Shown: in pieces, positions 1 through 7,500 of the stretch
Position numbering within the stretch: the first letter of the stretch is position 1
Layout of the letters: each line of letters opens with the position of its first letter
Assembly: GCA_903873545.1 (NCBI GenBank)
Contig: CAIQPA010000047.1
Location: 1-33,707, forward strand
Direction of reading: 5' to 3'
DNA from: an uncultured delta proteobacterium
Lineage (GTDB): Bacteria > Myxococcota_A > Bradymonadia > REDH01
Length of the DNA stretch: 33,707 nt
Notes under the pieces: generated by a model
What the model saw: the letters and a program-made list of their open reading frames with translations, nothing else
What the model was told of the DNA's origin: nothing
The model's database searches: none
Program-made: the position numbers and the translations under genes

Positions 1-1
1 C

Positions 2-538
2 TGGTTCGAGGAGTGGACGATGCTGCTCCGACAGGCCGCCGAACAGCCAGACGACCTCACCGCGCTGGCCGCATCGGGCTGGCGCCTGCTGCTGCGCTCA
101 GTCGGGAGTCTGGTGGGCGTCTCGCTGCTCTGTGGTTGGGGCGTAGGCTGGATGCAGCGGAGGCTCTCGCCGCCTGCCGCGATGCGGTGGGATGGACCGC
201 TACCGACCTCCGATATGGCCGCGCCACGCTGGTTTGCCGGGCTTCTCGCCATGGCAGCGGTGCTATCGTTGGGCGGGGTCACGCTGCTGCTGTCTACGAG
301 CTTCAGCTATGGCGCGGGACTCCGCCTCTCGCGGCTGTCGGGAGCGGTGAGCGCCGCCCTGCTCTGCCTCGCCGTCGTTGACCTGCTTGTCACGGCCGGG
401 CTGAGCACCTGGCGCCACCGGCGGTTCGACAGCGAGCAGGCCATGAGCCACGCTGAGATCGCCGAGGAGCGGCGCGGTGAGGAGGGCACCACCGAAGGTC
501 GCAACGAGGTGGCCAAGCGACGGACCGCCGAACGCTAG
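2..538 (+). CDS. FlhB/SctU-like type III export-gate protein, membrane domain only. The 5' end lies outside the window and there is no C-terminal autocleavage domain.
   Basis: The frame is open from the window edge (WFEEWTMLLRQ...). Several hydrophobic segments are followed by 'AMSHAEIAEERRGEEGTTEGRNEVAKRR'. This resembles the conserved post-TM4 linker of FlhB/YscU ('KMSKQEIK.E.KE.EG.PE.K.R.R'). The ORF stops right after it (TAG 536-538), and no NPTH-type domain follows. Confidence 0.45.
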   Translation, partial: WFEEWTMLLRQAAEQPDDLTALAASGWRLLLRSVGSLVGVSLLCGWGVGWMQRRLSPPAAMRWDGPLPTSDMAAPRWFAGLLAMAAVLSLGGVTLLLSTSFSYGAGLRLSRLSGAVSAALLCLAVVDLLVTAGLSTWRHRRFDSEQAMSHAEIAEERRGEEGTTEGRNEVAKRRTAER

Positions 539-543
539 TGCGC

Positions 544-2085
544 CTACTGACCCTGTGCCCGCCTGATCTCGTCCTCGGTGAGGCCGCGCTGTCCCGAGAT
601 GACGATGCTCTGCGAACGCCTGCTGCCGACGTCGAGCGCGTTGACGTGGACGATACCGTCACGGTCAATCTGGAAGGTGACCTCGATCCGGTTTGCACCG
701 GCCGGCGCGGGCGGGAGCTCCGAAAGCGTAAAGTTGCCCAGCAGCCGGTTCTCGGAGGCCACCCGGCTCTCGCCCTGTAGCACCTCGATGGTGACGAACT
801 CCTGGTCGTCCTCGGTGGTCTGGAAGACCTTCTTGCGCTGCGTCGGGATGGGGCTGTTGCGGGTGATGACGGAAGACATCATCCCGCCCGCCACGCGGAT
901 GCCGAGCGTGAGCGGTGTGATGTCGAGGAGCACCACCTCCGTGACCTCGCCCCCCACAATGCCGCCTTGAATCGCGGCACCCTCGGCGATCGCCTCGTCG
1001 GGGTTGATGCTCTTGTTGGGCCGCTTGCCAAAGATCCGGGCCACCCGCTCCTGCACGCTTGGCATGCGCGACATGCCTCCGACGAGGAGCACATCGTCGA
1101 TCTCTTCGGGCTTGACGCCGGCGTCGGCGAAGGCTGTCTCGCAGGGGAGCTCGAGCCGGTCGATCAACGTGGCGGTAAGGTCGTTCAACTCCACCCGGGT
1201 GAGGGTGTAGGTGAGGTGGCGCGGGCCGGTCTCATCCACCGCCAGGAAGGGGAGATTGATGTTGGTCTCGTTGAGCGAGGAGAGCTCGCACTTGGCCGCT
1301 TCGGAGGCCTCGCGAAGCCGCTGCAACGCCATCTTGTCGCTGGCGATGTTGATGCCGGTGCGCTCCTCGAAGACGGCAACGAGGCGCCGGAGGATGGCGC
1401 GGTCGAAGTCGTCGCCGCCCAAGGCATTATCGCCGCAGGTCGCGATGACCTCATAGACACCGCTACGGAGGCGGAGGATGGAGACGTCGAAGGTGCCGCC
1501 GCCGAGGTCGAAGACAGCGATGCAGGCGTTGGCCTTGGCGTTGGAGCCGTAGGCGAGCGCCGCTGCCGTCGGCTCATTGATGATGCGCTTGACCTCGAGG
1601 CCAGCGATGCGGCCGGCATCCTTGGTGGCCTGGCGCATGGCGTCGTCGAAGTAGGCGGGGACGGTGATGACAGCCTCGGTGACCGGCTCGCCGAAGTAGT
1701 CTTCGGCCGTCGACTTCATTTTCTGAAGGACGAAAGCCGAGATCTCCTGTGGAGAGTAGTCCTGACCGTTGATGGTGATGAGGCAGTCGCCATTCGCCGC
1801 GTCGGTAATCCGGTAGGGTAGCAGCCCCTTGATCTCTTCGACCTCAGCAGAGTCGAACTTGCGACCGATCAGCCGCTTGACGCCGGAGATGGTGCGCTCC
1901 GGGTTGATGATGGCCTGCCGCTTGGCCTGCTGCCCAACGAGCCGCTCCCGGTTCTCCGTGATGGCCACCACCGATGGGGTGGTGCGAGCGCCCTCCGCAT
2001 TCGGCAGTACGATGGGTTCGTTGCCCTCAATCACAGCGACGCACGAATTCGTGGTCCCCAGATCGATCCCGATGATTCTGCCCAT
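544..2085 (-). CDS. Hsp70/DnaK-family chaperone, short form without the C-terminal helical lid
   Basis: ATG at 2085, 513 aa. ATPase motifs are present: 'GIDLGTTNSCVAV', 'DLGGGTFDVSIL', 'EPTAAALAYG', 'LLVGGMSRMP'. A beta-sandwich substrate-binding domain is present ('VLLDITPLTLGI...VTFQIDRDGIVHVNA'). The protein ends 'GLTEDEIRRAQGQ*', about where lid helix A of DnaK begins. Confidence 0.92.
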   Translation of the reverse strand: MGRIIGIDLGTTNSCVAVIEGNEPIVLPNAEGARTTPSVVAITENRERLVGQQAKRQAIINPERTISGVKRLIGRKFDSAEVEEIKGLLPYRITDAANGDCLITINGQDYSPQEISAFVLQKMKSTAEDYFGEPVTEAVITVPAYFDDAMRQATKDAGRIAGLEVKRIINEPTAAALAYGSNAKANACIAVFDLGGGTFDVSILRLRSGVYEVIATCGDNALGGDDFDRAILRRLVAVFEERTGINIASDKMALQRLREASEAAKCELSSLNETNINLPFLAVDETGPRHLTYTLTRVELNDLTATLIDRLELPCETAFADAGVKPEEIDDVLLVGGMSRMPSVQERVARIFGKRPNKSINPDEAIAEGAAIQGGIVGGEVTEVVLLDITPLTLGIRVAGGMMSSVITRNSPIPTQRKKVFQTTEDDQEFVTIEVLQGESRVASENRLLGNFTLSELPPAPAGANRIEVTFQIDRDGIVHVNALDVGSRRSQSIVISGQRGLTEDEIRRAQGQ

Positions 2086-2130
2086 GGATGATACTTACGC
2101 GGAAGGGAGCAAGGAGCTTACGAAATTCAG

Positions 2131-4530
2131 TTAGCCCGGCTTCTTGGGGGTGAGGAGCCGGTCGAGGAAACTGACCGGTCTTTTCGCCTTGTCGAGCTGC
2201 TGACGGAGGTGACGAACCCAGCGGTTGGCCTCCTGGTTGTTTCCATCAATGTCGGTGGCCTGCCGGTAGCAGGCGAGGGCCTCCGTGTAGTTCTCTTCGG
2301 CCCTGCAGAGGTGGCCGAGCAGAACGGCAGCCGAGGCGCGCAAATGGGGCTCGACGAGATCTTCCAGAGCCTTCTCGATTTGCTTCTTCGCGGTCCGGCC
2401 GTCGAGCTTCTTGCGCATCATGAGCAGGTAGGCCTCATGCGCCTCGACAAGCGGGCCAGAGGCTCCCTTCTGGCGGGCCGCAACGAGCATGTCCCAGGCC
2501 TTGTCCACCGCACCCGTCTCAAGCACCTTCTGGGCGTTGCGGAAGAGCTGGTCGCCGCTTGCTCTTCCCGCAGCCGGAGCCGCAGCGCGAGGCGCGGCCT
2601 GCGACGCTGCTGCACTCGGCACGGCCGCCATCGCTACGGTGCGCGCCATAGATGGATGAGAGGAGACCAGCGGCGCCGGACCGGTCCGAACAGGCGACGT
2701 CCCCATCGAGGGCGGCGCTCCGACCCGAGGATGCACACCTGACTGCGTCGGAGAAGAGCCTCCGCTTCTGCGGGCCTGTTCGAGCGCCTCCTGGGCAGCC
2801 GAGGTGCGCGACTCGGCAGGACGAGCCACAAGGGGCCTAGGCGCGGTCACTGGCAGCGCGGAAAACGGGGCCGATGGGTTGGCGCCTTGTGCCGGGAGTC
2901 CATCCGTCTGCCCGCTCTGCGGAGCCGGCCGAGACCGTTCGAGACCGCCGAGAATCCCCTGCAGGTCGCGCAGGCGCACAAACAGCGCATCGGCCTCTGC
3001 GCGCACCGACGCGTGATTCGAACGCCCGAAGCGATCCGGGTGAAACTCACGGACCAACTCGTAGTACCGGCGCTCCACCGACGCGAGCCCGCAGCCGGGC
3101 GCCAGTCCGAAGGCAGCGTAGGGGTCGGACTTGCCGAAGCGTGCCTGCAGCTCCTCGAGCTGGTTCAACGCACCGATCGAGGCGGAGGATTGAGGCCCAA
3201 CCGATTCGATGCCCGCACCCGAGTCATCCGTGATGGCGAACCCACCGACCGCCTTGGCCCGCCGAAGCACCACTGCCACCGGCTGGGATGCAGGTTCGGG
3301 GAGGAAGACGATGCCGCCGAGGCTCCAGCAGAGGTGCGCATGTTGCATGGTCGCATCCACGTTGCCGGCCGCGCGGGCCAGCAGCTGCTCAAGCGTCGCC
3401 GTCCCAGTTTCCGCCTCGAGGAAGCGGGCCACCTCGGGGCTCGACTCGCGCAGACCAACAAGAGAATCGCTCGAATTCGCCACGACAGGATAGCTCGAGA
3501 AATGCCTCACGAGCGACGAGGCGATCTCGTTCAAGCTCGCATGTCGCTGCACGCTTCGCAGGACCACCGAGGCGGCGCTGCCGAAGCCGTAGAAGCGGGG
3601 GCGCGACACCTGCCCGCTCACGAACTCATACTGCCCTGCATTCCAGGTGATCACCGAGAAGAGCCTGGCCTCGTCCGCGGTGCTGATCGGCTGATCAAGC
3701 CGACCCAACTCGCCGTTGCACACCACGAACCGACGCTCCACGCTCCCGTTCCGAAGCACCAACTCTCCCGAGCGACGAGCAAGCCCTATGGCCAGCATGA
3801 GCCGTGCGAAGACAAGCGGCGTTACCTCACCCGAATCGGTGGAGGGGAGCTCAATCTGCACCTGCAGCACGCCTTCGAGCGCCAGCGCCGTGCCGCTGGT
3901 CGGGGTGCTTCGCAGAACGCTCCCTGCGAGGAGCTCATTGGCATGCGAATCCAACTCGGCCAGCCTCTCACGCTCGCCCGTCTCAGGGGCACGCTCGCCG
4001 GCCGCCGAAGGCACCGCGTCGAAGTGGCCGCTCGCGTCGCTGCTGTCGCCGTAGAGATCTTCCTGAAAACCAACATCATCTGGATCGAAGGGCGTTACAT
4101 CGTCGCTGATGCCCGCAGGTAGAGACGACAGAGCTGGAGGCGTGCCGGGCACCTCGCCGCGGACAGCATGATTTCTCACCGCGTCGGCGCAGACCCGCGC
4201 CATCTCATCGGCATCTTCGGAGAGGAGGCAGACCCCATCAAATGCGTCGAGCGGGAAGCCGCAGGCGGAGAGCTCTTCTTGATCCGCAAAGGCGACCACG
4301 CTCGGAATGCCGAGTGCCTGCAACGCCCACGGCGCAGAAGACAGCGTCTCTTCACCGGCAAGTAGGAGGGCACGGAAGCCAAGAAAGGCAATCGACGGCC
4401 CCTCTTCCACCACCGCCTCCATGAAGGAACCCCAGGAATCGGCCGTCCGAACATCTGCCCCCTCCAGGTGCGTCAGCGCCTGGAGGAGGATGTCAGCGCG
4501 AGGATGTGAGAGAAGGCAAAGTATCTTCAC
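2131..4530 (-). CDS. Multidomain J-domain co-chaperone: receiver-like N-terminus, DUF4388-like region, J-domain with HPD, Pro/Ala/Ser linker, C-terminal TPR-like helices
   Basis: GTG at 4530 with GGAGG 6 nt upstream, 799 aa. The J-domain reads 'DPYAAFGL...RRYYELVREFHPDRFG...LFVRLRDL'. 'GELVLRNGSVERRFVVCNGELG' is typical of DUF4388. The N-terminal alpha/beta pattern 'KILCLLSH...SIAFLGF' looks CheY-like but lacks the acidic residues. The stop lies 45 nt upstream of the Hsp70 start. Confidence 0.85.
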   Translation of the reverse strand: MKILCLLSHPRADILLQALTHLEGADVRTADSWGSFMEAVVEEGPSIAFLGFRALLLAGEETLSSAPWALQALGIPSVVAFADQEELSACGFPLDAFDGVCLLSEDADEMARVCADAVRNHAVRGEVPGTPPALSSLPAGISDDVTPFDPDDVGFQEDLYGDSSDASGHFDAVPSAAGERAPETGERERLAELDSHANELLAGSVLRSTPTSGTALALEGVLQVQIELPSTDSGEVTPLVFARLMLAIGLARRSGELVLRNGSVERRFVVCNGELGRLDQPISTADEARLFSVITWNAGQYEFVSGQVSRPRFYGFGSAASVVLRSVQRHASLNEIASSLVRHFSSYPVVANSSDSLVGLRESSPEVARFLEAETGTATLEQLLARAAGNVDATMQHAHLCWSLGGIVFLPEPASQPVAVVLRRAKAVGGFAITDDSGAGIESVGPQSSASIGALNQLEELQARFGKSDPYAAFGLAPGCGLASVERRYYELVREFHPDRFGRSNHASVRAEADALFVRLRDLQGILGGLERSRPAPQSGQTDGLPAQGANPSAPFSALPVTAPRPLVARPAESRTSAAQEALEQARRSGGSSPTQSGVHPRVGAPPSMGTSPVRTGPAPLVSSHPSMARTVAMAAVPSAAASQAAPRAAAPAAGRASGDQLFRNAQKVLETGAVDKAWDMLVAARQKGASGPLVEAHEAYLLMMRKKLDGRTAKKQIEKALEDLVEPHLRASAAVLLGHLCRAEENYTEALACYRQATDIDGNNQEANRWVRHLRQQLDKAKRPVSFLDRLLTPKKPG

Positions 4531-4551
4531 GGGTGACCTCCGCGAAGGTTG

Positions 4552-7500
4552 CTAGCGGTTCGACCGCCACCTGTCGATCTGGTTTTTGTAGCTCCGCTGC
4601 TGGTCGCTCGGGAGGGTCGGAACCTTCGCCAGATAGCGCTGCAGATCGCTCACCGCGCCGGCGATGTTGCCCGCCTGCGCCTTTGCGTAGGCCATCTTTT
4701 CGAGCACCCGCGGGTTCGAATCGGCCAGCCCGCCCGCAACCGCCTGCTCGAGATGCCGAAGGGCCTTCCCATTCTCCGGGACCGGCAGCGCGAGGTAGCA
4801 GAGCGCCCCGTAGTAGTGAGCCTCCGACAGCTTGGGATCGACCGCGAGGGCATGATCGAGGCGGGCAATGGCCCCTACGAAATCGCGCTCTTCGTAGAGC
4901 ACGCGGCCGAGCAGCCACGAGGCCAGCGCATGGTCGGGATGCAGCGTCAGCACGACGCCAAGATCGAGCTTCGCGAGGCTGTTCTGCTTGCGTGCCTGGT
5001 AGATGCTCGCCCGGTCGAAGAAGACCTCCGGGTTCTCGAGCGACCAGGCCGCATCCTCGTCGATCGCCTGCGTGTACTCCGCCATCGCCTGATCGCCGGG
5101 CACCCGCGCCATCGCCTTCCCGAGCCAGTAGTGATACTCGCCCGACGGGTTGCGCTGGGAGACCCGGGTGAGCGCGCTGATGGCCTCGTTGAGGTGTCCA
5201 AGTTCGAGCTCGCAGCGGCCAACATGGTAGAGCGCGCTATCCATGGTCGGGGCCTGGTCGTAGGCCCGCGCGAAGTTCTCCCGGGCCGACTGCCACGACT
5301 TGTTCTCCATGTGGGCGCGACCGAGTTCGAAGAGGTAGGCCGCGTTCTTTGGCTCCGCTTCGATCAGTTTGAGCAGCGTCTCAATCGCTCGGTCTGCCTC
5401 ACCCACGCCGATCATCGCGCTCGCCTGCCGGAGCTTCACCCTCGGGCTCGCAACACCCGCAGCAATCATCTCGTTCAGCTCCTCGAGCGCCTCGCCGAAC
5501 TGCCGCGTCTCGATGAAGTGGCCCGCGAGGTTGATACGGGCATCGGGGTTGCTCCGGTCGATGGTCAGCGCGGCGCGGAAGGCTGCAACCGCCCGGTTCG
5601 TCTCGCCCATCGCAAGGAAGGACTCACCCACATCGTTGGCCAGATCAGAGGAGGTGCTACCTCCGCCGAGCGCCTCGTCGAGCCGCTTGCGGGCAGAGGG
5701 CAGATCGTTGGAGCGGAAGTCGAGCTCCGCGAGCCGAATGTAGGGCTGAAGGAAGTTCGGATCGGCCTGAATCGCCTTCTCATACTGCGTGCGGGCCTTG
5801 TCGAACTCTACCTCCTCCTCCTGAACCCGGCCGAACCAGTAGAGGAAGCGACCATCCCGCGGGTACTGCGCAATGGCAGGCGGAAGCCCCTTCTTAAGAG
5901 CGCTCCAGTCCTTCTTCCCAAACTGCGCCTTGATGAGGCCCAGCGTCGACTCGGGATCACCCGCCGACAGCGCTGCGTTCTGCCTGAAGTGTTCAAGCGC
6001 GCGATCGAACTCGCCGGCGCGGAAGAACTGCTCGCCGAGTTCGCGGGTCGCGCGCCGGTTGCGGGGGTCTGCCTGAAGCGCCGAGAGCAGGTTCTCGATG
6101 GCCAGTGGAGGCTGCATTCGAGCAACAGCAATGCTGGCCGCGAGCAGGTAGGTCTCGCACCGCTCCGACTTCGTCATGGTCGCGGCGAGGTCTTCGATGG
6201 CGCGGGTTACACGCGTCTCAGCATCAACCAGTTTGGCCTCGCGGAGCTGCGCCTCGGCCATGCCAACCACCGAGCGGACATGCTGCGGATTGAGCTCGAG
6301 CGCCTTGCCGAACGAGAGTTGGGCCTTCGCCGGCTCTCTTTCCGACAGCGCGACCCAGCCGAGCCAGTAGTGGGGCGCCACAAACTTCGGGTCGAGCGAT
6401 GCAGCACGTTCGAGCGCCTCGATGGTCCCCTTCGGCAATTCACGAATGATCTCAGCCTCTGCGGGGGCCGCGGGCACGGCCGCAGCCTCGGTTGCAGGTG
6501 CAGGCTTGTCGCCCGGAGCCGCCACGGCCGCGGCAGCGGCAGCCGCACCCTCAGCCTTCGCCGCGGGCTTGCCGCTGCCTTCAGCGGCGCCCGATCCTTC
6601 GGCTGCCGTCTTCGGCTTGCCGGCAGCACCCTTGCCCGCCTTGGGCGCCACGAGCGGCACCGTCAAATCGATGCCTCGGTAGATCTGGAGGGCGCCGATC
6701 GCCTGAAAGAGCGAGGCAAAGGCCCGCAGGTTGGGGTCGGAGACCCCCTCGAGCGTCGCCTTCGCGGTTTCGTCTCTACGCATCGCCAGGTAGGCACCAC
6801 GGGCCAGCCGCGTCAGCGGGGCATCGGCCGACTTGAGCTGCCCGTTCCACTTCTCGAGATCCGTGAACAGATCGCGCTGTTCCGGCTGCTCGGCCAGGAG
6901 CAGCGCCGCGGCGATCATGACCCGTGCACGCTCCTCATCGGAGCCGCCGCGCGACAGCACCTTGCGACCGTTGTCGACAAAGGTCTGGTAGGCCTTCGAC
7001 GAGCCGGATTCGAGCTCCGAGAGCTGCCCGAGGACAATCTTGGGCTGCTCCACCACCCGGTTCTGCGCCGCCTCAATGGCTGCAAGACGGGCTGCCTCTT
7101 CGGCCTGCTTCTGCTGATAGACGGTGAAGCCGTAGTAGCCACCGCCACCCACAACCAGCAGACCCAGCGCAATGGCCAGCCAGGGCTTCTTGTTGCTCGC
7201 CGGACGAGCCACCTTCCGCGCGCTTGTCGACTGACCGGTTCCGGAGCCGAAGTACTCGCCATACTCGTCCGTTCCGGCCGGCACGTCCGTCGCCTCGGCT
7301 CCCTCGACCGGCTCCCCCCACGGGTCGCCGCCTTCAGGGGATGGCTGATAGCTGTCGAAGCCGGAGAGTTCGGAAGGCTGGTCAAACCCGGAGAGGAAGG
7401 GTGCTCCGCCATCGGTGTGGGCGGCGCCCGCATCGGGCGCATCGAAGTCGTCCAGATGGGCGCTGCTCGGCACCGTCGAAGGGCCGAAGACGGTCGCGGC

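Noticed and set aside
2887-4122. 411-aa plus-strand ORF inside the J-protein gene, with similar long shadows at 19159-20163 (-), 22148-23059 (-), 23377-24693 (-), 32017-32919 (-), 8397-9569 (+) and 28565-29410 (-)
   Set aside because: Each lies opposite, or out of frame with, a gene that has strong family motifs (J-domain, M16, AstA, AstD, BioA, TPR/CPBP, ThiG). The products are Arg/Pro/Gly-rich with no motifs.
6571-6606. Imperfect 18-nt tandem duplication
   Set aside because: It lies inside the TPR gene and simply encodes 'AAEGSG' twice within an Ala/Gly/Lys-rich linker. This is coding low complexity, not an independent repeat element.
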